Source: Actinomycetota bacterium (lineage in GTDB: Bacteria; Actinomycetota; Geothermincolia; Fen-727; Anoxymicrobiaceae). Taken from it: a stretch of DNA of 30,462 nt. Each line of letters starts with the position of its first letter. Position 1 is the first letter of the stretch. The notes under the pieces are model-generated. The model was not told the origin of the DNA and searched no databases. It saw only the letters and a list, made by a program, of their open reading frames with translations. Both the position numbers and the translations under genes were made by a program. The stretch lies in assembly GCA_018894655.1 (NCBI GenBank), contig JAHIPE010000234.1, positions 1-30,462 on the forward strand. The letters are read 5' to 3'. This document shows, one piece after another, positions 7,907 through 15,920 of this stretch.

Positions 7907-8941
7907 TCATAGACCGACATAGCGGGAGTACAACGACCTCGCGATCTGCTGGTCGGTGGTACCTTTAATAATCGCTCTCCCCGTCGGGAATACAGTCATC
8001 TCATAGCCGTCAATGCCGAAGACGAGGAGGTACCCGTTGTCCATCACCCGTCCCACTTTCGAAAGGTCCCTTGCAAGGCTTTCCAGGTCGATCTCGGCCG
8101 AGGCAGCCGGCGTAATCTGTACGGCGTTCCGCCCGCAGAGGGAGCTCGTCCACGAAGTGCTCTTTCGGTTCAGGAACGAGTAGTCCCCTTGAGCGCAGCA
8201 TGGGCAACCGGGTACGCGGGCAACCGCGAACTGCTGGAATTCGTTCTCCCATATGTCCACGAAAGTCATCTTGGCGTCAGCTATGTGATTTCCAGTCAGG
8301 AGTCTTATAGCGTGTGTGCTCTGGATGTCCGCGATTATCCCGGTCACCGTGTTCAACACGCCAAGAACGTCGCAGCCCTGAAGGGGCTCACCCGGCGGGA
8401 CCACCAAGAAACAGCGGAAGCAGGCGGTCTCTCCCGGGATGATGGGCATCTCCTGGCCGCAGGAGCCAACGGCCGCGCCGTGAACCCACGGAGTACCGGT
8501 CTTGACACAGGCGTCGTTTAAAAGAAAGCGTGTCTCGAGGTTGTCCGTTGCGTCCATCGCGAGGTCGCATCCGAGCAACAGTTCTTCCATGTTTGCCGGA
8601 GTCACGTCCCTAACCACGCTCTCGATCACGATATCGGAGTTGACCGACTTCAACACCTCCTCGGCAGCAACCGCTTTGGGGAACCTCATTATTGCATGTT
8701 CTTCGTTGAACAACGCCTGTCTCTGCAGGTTGTCAAGCTCAACGAAGTCCCTGTCGACTATTCTCAGGTGACCGACCCCGGCCCTCGCGAGCCTGTCAGC
8801 CACGACCGTCCCGAGGGCTCCACACCCCACGATGAGGACGCGAGCCTTCCCGAGCATTGCTTGGCCTTCACTGCCGATCGGCTCGAAGAGCTCCTGCCTT
8901 GAATAGCGGCTGGTCTCTAGCGTTTTTCCTGGTTCATGCAA
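7907..8941 (-). CDS. ThiF/MoeB-family E1-like adenylyltransferase
   Basis: VGCGALG, DRDFVELDNLQRQ, DATDN, CFRC and CPCC Zn motifs, active-site GCDVLG and C-terminal CGRNAVQI. ATG overlaps the mnmA stop. Confidence 0.92.
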   Translation of the reverse strand: MHEPGKTLETSRYSRQELFEPIGSEGQAMLGKARVLIVGCGALGTVVADRLARAGVGHLRIVDRDFVELDNLQRQALFNEEHAIMRFPKAVAAEEVLKSVNSDIVIESVVRDVTPANMEELLLGCDLAMDATDNLETRFLLNDACVKTGTPWVHGAAVGSCGQEMPIIPGETACFRCFLVVPPGEPLQGCDVLGVLNTVTGIIADIQSTHAIRLLTGNHIADAKMTFVDIWENEFQQFAVARVPGCPCCAQGDYSFLNRKSTSWTSSLCGRNAVQITPAASAEIDLESLARDLSKVGRVMDNGYLLVFGIDGYEMTVFPTGRAIIKGTTDQQIARSLYSRYVGL

Positions 8942-10049
8942 TGTTGTTTCTCCTCACGATGCCACCGCACAGGACCGTATCACCATGGTACAACACCACA
9001 GACTGCCCCGGGGCAGTCGGCTCCTGCGGATAGTGGAACAGAGCGAACGAGGAATCCTCGTCAACAGGCGCCAGTGTCGCTGGAACATGAGGTTTCCTAT
9101 ACCTCGTCACAGCTTCCACTTCCAGCGGTTCGCGAGGCTTGCTGATGGAAACATAGTTCATCCTGCCTAGCAGAACGCGTTGCTGCCTGCGAGTGCGGTC
9201 ACCGGGCGCCACAGTAACGGAATTATGGACAGGGTCGATATCGATGACGTACACCGGCTTCGGGGAGGAAAGATTGAGCCCGCGCCTCTGTCCAATCGTA
9301 TAACGATACAATCCTTGATGTGTTCCGAGAACGACACCTGCATCATCCAGGATAGGACCCGGTTCAAATAGTACGCCGGCATGCCGGGAGATATACGATG
9401 CGTAGCCTTCCGTCCCTACGAAGCAGATATCCTGGCTTTCCGGTTTGTCGTGTACCTTGAGCCTGAGGCCCCGTGCAATCGCGCGTGTCTCGACCTTCTG
9501 GATGTCACTCATCGGGAAGATGGCTCGGGCGAGTTGTTCCTGCGAAAGCGAGTAGAGGAAATACGATTGGTCCTTGGAGCCGTCCGCGCCCTTTTTCAAG
9601 ACGTACCTGTTGTTCACTACATCGAATTCGACCCCGGCGTAATGGCCCGTGGCAAGCAAGCCGGCGCCGAACCCCATCGCCGCCTTGAGGAGCGTGTCGA
9701 ACTTCACCACCCCGTTACACGGGACGCACGGGTTCGGGGTCTCACCTTTCAGGTAAGAGGCCGTGAAGTAATCGATTACGTGCTTACGGAAGACATCCTT
9801 GAAGTTCAACACGTAGAACGGGATGCCGAGCTTCTCCGCGACCCTGCGCGCGTCCTCCATTTCCCCTATCCCGCAACAGTTCCTCGCAGAGCCGTTCGCT
9901 TCGGTCTCGTCAACCAGTTGGAGACCGATTCCCACGACCCTGTAGCCCTGATTATGCAGGAGCGCTGCGCTAACCGAGGAGTCGACCCCTCCTGACATAG
10001 CGACCGCGACCATGTTGTTTAAGTTTCGACCTTCGCTTCTCTCGCGCAT
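8934..10049 (-). CDS. mnmA: tRNA 2-thiouridine(34) synthase
   Basis: [44 protein letters not shown] and APGQSVVLY motifs. Start uncertain (10049 or ATG 10013). Confidence 0.96.
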   Translation of the reverse strand: MRERSEGRNLNNMVAVAMSGGVDSSVSAALLHNQGYRVVGIGLQLVDETEANGSARNCCGIGEMEDARRVAEKLGIPFYVLNFKDVFRKHVIDYFTASYLKGETPNPCVPCNGVVKFDTLLKAAMGFGAGLLATGHYAGVEFDVVNNRYVLKKGADGSKDQSYFLYSLSQEQLARAIFPMSDIQKVETRAIARGLRLKVHDKPESQDICFVGTEGYASYISRHAGVLFEPGPILDDAGVVLGTHQGLYRYTIGQRRGLNLSSPKPVYVIDIDPVHNSVTVAPGDRTRRQQRVLLGRMNYVSISKPREPLEVEAVTRYRKPHVPATLAPVDEDSSFALFHYPQEPTAPGQSVVLYHGDTVLCGGIVRRNNIA

Positions 10050-10735
10050 GCTTCCTTCTTCGCGCTGTTACCGTCCGGGTGCTCCAGCTTCGTGAGTCTC
10101 TGGTCGACCTTCTCGAACATGTCAAGAATCGGGTCGGGGAGCTTCTCGTGGTGTAGGTTCATCTGCGAGGTCCGCTCGCCCGAGCAAACCGTGATCCTGC
10201 CAGGGACACCGACTACCGTGCAATTGAGTGGAACGTCCTTCAACACTACAGCCCCGGCCCCGACCTTCGAGTTCTTTCCGACGGTTATTGGCCCGAGGAC
10301 GCTAGCCCCGGCGGCTATCACGACGTTGTCTCCTATAGTTGGGTGCCGCTTACCCTTCTCCTTGCCGGTTCCGCCTAGTGTCACCCCCTGGTACATCGTC
10401 ACGTTCTCGCCGATTTCCGCAGTCTCGCCGATTACGACTCCCATACCGTGATCGATGAAGAGACCGTGACCGATTTTCGCGCCCTGGTGAATCTCGACGC
10501 CTGTCACTGCGCGGGCGAACATCGATATCAGTCGAGGCAGCAAAGGTAACCTATTCACTTCGAGGTGGTGGGCCAGGCGGTGCATCCAGATCGCGTGCAA
10601 GCCTGGGTATGAAAGTACGATCTCAATTGCTCCCCTGGCTGCGGGGTCGCGGTCCTTGACAGCCTGGATATCCCTTCTGGCTACCGCAATCCATCTATTC
10701 ACAATGGCGCTCTTCCCACCCGAATTCTCATTCAT
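10019..10735 (-). CDS. cysE: Serine O-acetyltransferase
   Basis: [37 protein letters not shown] and KRHPTIGD hexapeptide repeats. Confidence 0.97.
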   Translation of the reverse strand: MNENSGGKSAIVNRWIAVARRDIQAVKDRDPAARGAIEIVLSYPGLHAIWMHRLAHHLEVNRLPLLPRLISMFARAVTGVEIHQGAKIGHGLFIDHGMGVVIGETAEIGENVTMYQGVTLGGTGKEKGKRHPTIGDNVVIAAGASVLGPITVGKNSKVGAGAVVLKDVPLNCTVVGVPGRITVCSGERTSQMNLHHEKLPDPILDMFEKVDQRLTKLEHPDGNSAKKEACAREAKVET

Positions 10736-10767
10736 CGAATCCCTCCATTATCGTCAACGCGGTATCG

Positions 10768-11961
10768 CTAGGTTTGTACTGAACCGGGTCGATCTTTCAA
10801 TCTCACGGCGGACACCCGCCGAAGCCTCGCGACGATATCGGGAAGCAACTCGAGGAGCCTCTCCACATGCGCCTCGGTGTTGTCGCGCCCGAAAGAGAAC
10901 CGCAGGCTGGACTGCGCGAGCTGCGGTGGCAGGGCCATCGCGAGAAGCACATGTGATGGGTCCGTAGCCCCTGACGTGCAGGCCGATCCCGTGGAGACAG
11001 CGATGCCCATGAGGTCTAGATTCAGCAGAAGTGACTCGCCGTCCACGCCTTCGATGCTCATGTTCAAGATGTTGGGAAGCGATTTATCCGTGTCCTTGCT
11101 GCCGTTTCGTCGAACGCCTGATATAATCTCAATCAAGCCCGATGCAAGCTTTTCTTTGAGCAATCTAAGGCGCGTTCCAGACTCGGGGAGTTCCTCGATA
11201 ACAATCTCCATAGCCTTCGCGAAGGCGGCTATACCCGGGACGTTCTCCGTCCCTGGCCGCACGGCCCCTTCGTGATGGCCGCCGCAGAAGAGGGGGTGGA
11301 GCGGTGTTCCTCTCCTGACGTAGAGTGCGCCGACGCCCTTCGGCCCGTATATCTTGTGTCCGGATAGCGACAGCAAGTCGACCTGAAGGTCCTCCACGTT
11401 AACAGGCAACTTCCCAGCGGCCTGTACGGCGTCGGTGTGGAAGACCACGCCTTCTTTCCCCGCAAGTTCGCCGATTTCCGCTACCGGCTGAATGGCCCCG
11501 GTCTCGTTATTCGCGAACATCGTTGTTACTAGAATGGTCTCCGGGCGAATGGCGCCGGCTATCCGCGTCGGGTCAACCAGGCATTCGTTATTAACCGGGA
11601 CGTAAGTTACCTCGAAGCCTTCACTTTCCAGTGCCTTACAACAGTTGAGGACAGCGTGGTGCTCTACGGTCGTGGTGATGATGTGGTTTCCCTTGTCCTT
11701 TTGCGCCAGAGCTGTTCCCCTTATTGCCAGGTTGTCGCTTTCCGTCCCTCCGCTTGTGAATATGATCTCGTCCGGGTTTGCGCCGATGCATGAAGCGATC
11801 ACTTCTCTTGACTCCTCCAAAAGCCTTTTAGCATCCTGACCGAACGAGTGAATGCTGGATGCGTTGCCGAAAGTGGTTGAGAGAATCTCGTCAAGGGTTT
11901 CTTGCACCTCGCGCCTTAACGGCGTGGTGGCGGCGTGGTCAAGATAGATATCCTCAGCCAT
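10768..11961 (-). CDS. iscS: Cysteine desulfurase (IscS/NifS type)
   Basis: YLDHAATTP, GNASSIH, FTSGGTESDN, HTDAVQ, SGHKIYGPKG and STGSACTSG motifs. Confidence 0.96.
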   Translation of the reverse strand: MAEDIYLDHAATTPLRREVQETLDEILSTTFGNASSIHSFGQDAKRLLEESREVIASCIGANPDEIIFTSGGTESDNLAIRGTALAQKDKGNHIITTTVEHHAVLNCCKALESEGFEVTYVPVNNECLVDPTRIAGAIRPETILVTTMFANNETGAIQPVAEIGELAGKEGVVFHTDAVQAAGKLPVNVEDLQVDLLSLSGHKIYGPKGVGALYVRRGTPLHPLFCGGHHEGAVRPGTENVPGIAAFAKAMEIVIEELPESGTRLRLLKEKLASGLIEIISGVRRNGSKDTDKSLPNILNMSIEGVDGESLLLNLDLMGIAVSTGSACTSGATDPSHVLLAMALPPQLAQSSLRFSFGRDNTEAHVERLLELLPDIVARLRRVSAVRLKDRPGSVQT

Positions 11962-12769
11962 TTCCTGCTCCTTTTACGGCCTGAAGCAATTGCTGGTGGT
12001 AATCGCAGAACTCCCTGTCGCCGCCCAATTGCGCCCTCAAGAGTTCTTCCTGCCAGTGTGCGTTATACAGTCTGCAATCCGGGTCGCCACAGAAAGGCTC
12101 CCCGGTCATGTAATAGAAGATCGCCTGAGCGATGTAGCCCTTGAGCACGTCCGTGGTGCGAGAATCTTCGTAGTCGAGGAATCTCCCGGCAAATTGCTTC
12201 TCGAGTGTGGCTGGATCGATGCCCATCCGCTTCTCCAGGTAATAGCGTCTCGGTCTGGCTGGTGCCTCGACAAGCCCCGTTGTTGAGAGAAGACATGGAT
12301 TACCATAGATACTGACTCTCGCGTGATATCGGGAGCCGACGTCGTCGCAACTGCCGAAGAGCTGGCTCGTGATCACTATGATGCAATCCTCATGCCATGT
12401 TCCCAGGGCCTCGAGGGGTTCGGCACATGCAAGGCAAAGCTGGTAACCGTCGTACAGGATACCGATAGGCCGCGGTGGGTTTCGGTCGAGCATTCGGCGC
12501 TCGTAATCAACGAGCGCTTTTGCGGGGCGGTCGGGCTTGTCAACGGATTTGATGTTGGCAATCCGCGCTTCCGCGAGCCTTACCGCGTATGCATCCTTCA
12601 GACGCTCCTTCTTGACTCTATCGAAACCGCTCAGGCATTCCGTCAAGAGATCGCCATGGCACTCGACGTTAACGCCCCCCAGGAGTTCGTTGCAGTAACG
12701 CCCGAGCACGTCAACATCGATCGCGCTGGACCCGGAGCTGTCAAATATGTGCACTCCGGAAGGTCGCAA
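11954..12769 (-). CDS. Conserved hypothetical protein, probable DUF6775-like putative metalloprotein
   Basis: Fills the thi4-iscS gap and its stop overlaps the iscS ATG. RYHAR, GLVEAPARPRRYY and FCGDPDCRLYNAHWQEE motifs recall an archaeal/bacterial family (from memory, not searched). TTG start uncertain. Confidence 0.7.
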   Translation of the reverse strand: MRPSGVHIFDSSGSSAIDVDVLGRYCNELLGGVNVECHGDLLTECLSGFDRVKKERLKDAYAVRLAEARIANIKSVDKPDRPAKALVDYERRMLDRNPPRPIGILYDGYQLCLACAEPLEALGTWHEDCIIVITSQLFGSCDDVGSRYHARVSIYGNPCLLSTTGLVEAPARPRRYYLEKRMGIDPATLEKQFAGRFLDYEDSRTTDVLKGYIAQAIFYYMTGEPFCGDPDCRLYNAHWQEELLRAQLGGDREFCDYHQQLLQAVKGAGNG

Positions 12770-12793
12770 GCCCGCGATTTTCCCTCTCTCCCC

Positions 12794-13579
12794 TCAAAGG
12801 CATTCGAGGACGATCCGTGCGGCTTTCTTGCCCGAGAGAAGCATCGCGCCGAACGTAGGTCCCATGCGGGGCAGCCCGAATGCCGTGCTGACCGCCATTC
12901 CCGTTACGACCAGGCCCGGTGTTATCTCGCAAGTATGCTCGAGGATCAGGTCCTCGGACTGCTCGACCCACATTGCGTTATGCCCTGGCAGCTTGACGAC
13001 TCCTCTCTCGGCGAGTTTTGATAACACCATCGCGTCGTGGCCGGTGGCGTCTACCACCACCTTCGATTCGAGCGCAATCGGGTCGACACAGGTTATCTCC
13101 CTCGGCAAAGCCTGTATCGGAGTCCAGTTGATGACGACCCCGCGTACGCGGTTATCTTCCCTTATCACCAGGTCGTCGAACATGGTCATGTTCAACACCT
13201 TCGCGCCCGCGTCGCATGCCGCCCCGATCAACTTGGAGCAAGCATGGGGGCCATCGGCGACGTAGAGCCCCTTGGAGTACTCCTTGAAAGGTACACCGAG
13301 CGCCGCCAACTCCTCTTGGGCCGGTGCCCTGACGGTGACCTTGTTCATCAAATAACCGCCGATCCAAAAGCCTCCGCCGAGGTAGTTGTTGCGCTCGACC
13401 AGAACAACCTTCTTCCCTTCGCCGGCAAGCATCCGCGCCGCCGTAAGCCCGCTGGGGCCGGCGCCGACGACGACGACATCGCTCTCCACGTACTCCTCAA
13501 ATGTGGCGGCAAACTCGGAGACGATCGCTCTCGATACGTCCTTCTCGGATACCGGTGCGAACACTTTTTCTTTGCTCAT
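12794..13579 (-). CDS. thi4: Thi4/THI4 adenylated-thiazole synthase, Cys-type
   Basis: [23 protein letters not shown] (Cys164, nt 13088-13090), DATGHDA and [14 protein letters not shown] motifs. Confidence 0.94.
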   Translation of the reverse strand: MSKEKVFAPVSEKDVSRAIVSEFAATFEEYVESDVVVVGAGPSGLTAARMLAGEGKKVVLVERNNYLGGGFWIGGYLMNKVTVRAPAQEELAALGVPFKEYSKGLYVADGPHACSKLIGAACDAGAKVLNMTMFDDLVIREDNRVRGVVINWTPIQALPREITCVDPIALESKVVVDATGHDAMVLSKLAERGVVKLPGHNAMWVEQSEDLILEHTCEITPGLVVTGMAVSTAFGLPRMGPTFGAMLLSGKKAARIVLECL

Positions 13580-13607
13580 GCAGATTTCCTCTCTTGTCGT
13601 CAGGCGT

Positions 13608-14564
13608 CTACAGTGAGACGTAGTCGGGCGAGTCGGTCGGCGCGTCGAAGAGCCAGGTGGAGAGGTACCTTTCGCCCGTGTCCGGGAGCACGACCACGAT
13701 CAACTTCCTCTCGTTCTCACGTCTTTTCGCCACCTGGATTGCTGCCCATGCCGCCGCGCCGGAGGATATACCCGCGAGGATGCCCTCGCATTTGGCCAGC
13801 GCCCTGGTCATCTCCCCCGCTGCCTCGTCCTCCACTTTGATTATCTCGTCGATCAGTTCGGTGTTCAGAACGTCCGGTACGAACCCGGCGCCGATGCCCT
13901 GTATCTTGTGAGGGCCGGGCTTTCCTCCCGAAAGGACCGGGGACTTCTCCGGTTCTACGGCAATCACCTTGAAATCCGGCTTCTTTTCCTTTATGACCTC
14001 CGCCACACCGGTCAGGGTTCCCCCTGTTCCCACGCCGCTCACGAGGATGTCGACTTTACCGTCCGTGTCTTCCCAGATCTCACAAGCGGTCGTCTCCCGG
14101 TGAATCCTCGGGTTGGCGGGGTTCTTGAACTGTTGCGGGATGAAACTATTCGGCATCTTCTTCGCCAGGTCCTCAGCTTCCGCCACGGCCCCCGGCATGC
14201 CCTTGGCGCCGGGGGTCAACACCAGCTTCGCGCCGAAAATAGTCATGAGTTTCCTGCGCTCAACGCTCATCGTATCCGGCATGGTCAAGATCAATTTGTA
14301 GCCGCGGGCCGCGCAAACAAAAGCCAACGAAATCCCCGTATTGCCACTGGTGGGCTCGATAATCGTCGTCTCGGGTGTAATGAGGCCACTTTTTTCGGCA
14401 TCATCAATCATGCTGACGCCGATTCGGTCTTTAACGCTCGCCAGTGGGTTGAAGGATTCGAGTTTCGCGTAGATCTCGGCTTCCGCTCCGCCGGTAACCC
14501 GTCGGAGACGCACCAGCGGCGTGTTACCGATCGTCCGCGTTATATCCTCATACAATCTGCTCAT
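13608..14564 (-). CDS. cysK: Cysteine synthase A (O-acetylserine sulfhydrylase)
   Basis: [53 protein letters not shown] and [10 protein letters not shown] motifs; GAGGAGG RBS. Confidence 0.97.
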   Translation of the reverse strand: MSRLYEDITRTIGNTPLVRLRRVTGGAEAEIYAKLESFNPLASVKDRIGVSMIDDAEKSGLITPETTIIEPTSGNTGISLAFVCAARGYKLILTMPDTMSVERRKLMTIFGAKLVLTPGAKGMPGAVAEAEDLAKKMPNSFIPQQFKNPANPRIHRETTACEIWEDTDGKVDILVSGVGTGGTLTGVAEVIKEKKPDFKVIAVEPEKSPVLSGGKPGPHKIQGIGAGFVPDVLNTELIDEIIKVEDEAAGEMTRALAKCEGILAGISSGAAAWAAIQVAKRRENERKLIVVVLPDTGERYLSTWLFDAPTDSPDYVSL

Positions 14565-14647
14565 TTTGTCCTCCTCGGTGGAACTTATCGCCGCACGAAC
14601 ACTAGCAGGCCGGGCTTTGAGTCAGTTGGAGCTTCAATGCCCAACCG

Positions 14648-14767
14648 TCACAGAAGTGGGGCACAACACATGATGCATGGGCAACACCCGTCCACGCAAT
14701 CTTGACCAGGAACGTTGGGTGGTGCTGCTTGTGTTTCCGTCTTTTGGCCTGCGTTCCTCATGGTCAT
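14648..14767 (-). CDS. Cys-rich leader peptide (MTMRNAGQKTETQAAPPNVPGQDCVDGCCPCIMCCAPLL), putative cys attenuator
   Basis: Hand-translated and absent from the ORF track (<60 aa). Six Cys in 12 codons (14663-14698), GGGAGA RBS at 14785-14780, in-frame starts TTG 14770/ATG 14767/ATG 14761. Stops 83 nt before the cysK ATG. Confidence 0.8.
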   Translation of the reverse strand: MTMRNAGQKTETQAAPPNVPGQDCVDGCCPCIMCCAPLL

Positions 14768-14834
14768 CAATCCGGGTCGTCTCCCGGCGGCCGTGCGCCG
14801 CCTTGAAAAAACCCTGAGACTCAAGTATCATTAT

Positions 14835-14859
14835 ATTGTCTACTATTATGGTAGGTTAT
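14835..14859. promoter_or_regulatory. Putative Rrf2/IscR-type operator (cys promoter / larE divergent region)
   Basis: ATTGTCTACTATTATGGTAGGTTAT; imperfect palindrome CTAC-N7-GTAG; matches the recalled IscR type-1 consensus ATASYYGACTRWWWYAGTCRRSTAT at 20/25 by hand; similar box at 29511-29535. Confidence 0.65.
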
Positions 14860-14868
14860 CTAATAATT

Positions 14869-14898
14869 ATCATACAGGCTGGCCCCCGCTCGTGTCAA
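14869..14898 (-). promoter_or_regulatory. Sigma70-type promoter for the Cys leader-cysK operon
   Basis: TTGACA (14898-14893), 18-nt spacer, TATGAT (14874-14869). A second TATAAT lies at 14835-14830. Confidence 0.6.
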
Positions 14899-14961
14899 GA
14901 TAGACTATCAATGGATGAGCTCGATCAAAGGCGGGAGAACCTTTTTCCCGGGAGTACGGCA

Positions 14962-15786
14962 ATGGAGGCGAATCTCAAGGCGAAGCACCTCGCACTAAAG
15001 CGCAACCTGGCGGATACGGGGAGCGCGGTCCTCGCTTTCTCCGGGGGTGTAGACAGCACCCTTGTGCTCGCGGTCGGCAGGGAAGCTCTCGGTGACAGGA
15101 TTATCGCGGCAACCGCCCGTTCGCCGCTGTACCCTCGATCGGTTGTCGAAAGAGCCGCCACTCTGGCTCAGCGGCTTTGCGTTGAACATGTAGTCCTGGA
15201 CTCCAACGAGCTTGAGGACGCCCGGTTTACGTCCAACCCTCCGGAGCGCTGCTACCTTTGCAAGCGGGAGCTCTACGGCAGGCTCGACCGACTTGCCAAG
15301 AAAAGGGGGGTTGCGGCGGTAATCGACGGTACCCAACTGGATGACACGAGTGATTACCGTCCGGGAATGAGGGCGGCGGCAGAATTTGGTGTGCGGAGCC
15401 CGTTGCTCGAGGTCGGATTCACAAAGGATGAAATAAGGGCATTTTCAAAAGAGCTCGGCCTTGATACCTGGGATATCCCCGCCGGCCCGTGCCTGGCCTC
15501 GCGAGTGCCCTACTCGGAAGAAATCACTCCCCGGAAACTCGCCGCTATTGAGCAGGGCGAGCAGTTCCTGGGAGAACTGGGTTTTCGCGAAGTCAGGGTC
15601 CGCTTTACGAAAGACAGTACGGCGCGGATCGAAATCACCGCCGACTGCATATCGAAACTTGCTGACAAGGCGGTTCGCGAGAAGGTCGTGGGCAAGATGA
15701 AGGAACTGGGCTTCCTGTACGTCACCCTGGACCTCGAAGGATACAGAACCGGTTCAATGAATATGATCCTAGCCGATCAGGATTGA
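14962..15786 (+). CDS. larE: LarE-family ATP-dependent sulfur insertase (PP-loop)
   Basis: AFSGGVDS, RCYLCK, DD..DYRPGM, PCLASRVPY and VTLDLEGYRTGSMN motifs. ATG 14962 has a GGGAG RBS; ATG 14911 is possible. The track start at 14836 runs through the promoter and is unlikely. Confidence 0.9.
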   Translation: MEANLKAKHLALKRNLADTGSAVLAFSGGVDSTLVLAVGREALGDRIIAATARSPLYPRSVVERAATLAQRLCVEHVVLDSNELEDARFTSNPPERCYLCKRELYGRLDRLAKKRGVAAVIDGTQLDDTSDYRPGMRAAAEFGVRSPLLEVGFTKDEIRAFSKELGLDTWDIPAGPCLASRVPYSEEITPRKLAAIEQGEQFLGELGFREVRVRFTKDSTARIEITADCISKLADKAVREKVVGKMKELGFLYVTLDLEGYRTGSMNMILADQD

Positions 15787-15788
15787 AT

Positions 15789-15920
15789 GTCGTAGCCGAG
15801 CGCGCCATGTACTTCGTCCACAGCGACGGCGACTGCAGCCGCGACGGAGGACACGCGACCGCGGGGATCAACGGCCCCTCGATGACCCGGTACTTCGCCG
15901 GGGGCTACACCGGTTTCTAG
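15789..15920 (+). pseudogene. Short relic of a repeat-domain surface protein (DUF5719-like)
   Basis: Translates [43 protein letters not shown]-stop. It resembles the AERxMYF...GGH...W(Y)FAEGYTG repeats I recall from secreted proteins of deep-branching anaerobic Actinomycetota. Confidence 0.55.

Noticed and set aside
14648-14767. Six-Cys peptide as a SCIFF/ranthipeptide precursor or metallothionein
   Set aside because: No resemblance to SCIFF spacing, the radical SAM gene is over 10 kb away and lacks a SPASM-like tail, and the position between promoter and cysK fits a leader. Not fully excluded.
14634-14831. Track ORF MILESQGFF... (65 aa) upstream of cysK
   Set aside because: It is a different frame from the Cys-rich leader, with no RBS and no recognisable features.
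14836-14961. N-terminal extension of larE in the ORF track
   Set aside because: It overlaps the AT-rich divergent promoter/operator region; a good RBS precedes ATG 14962.
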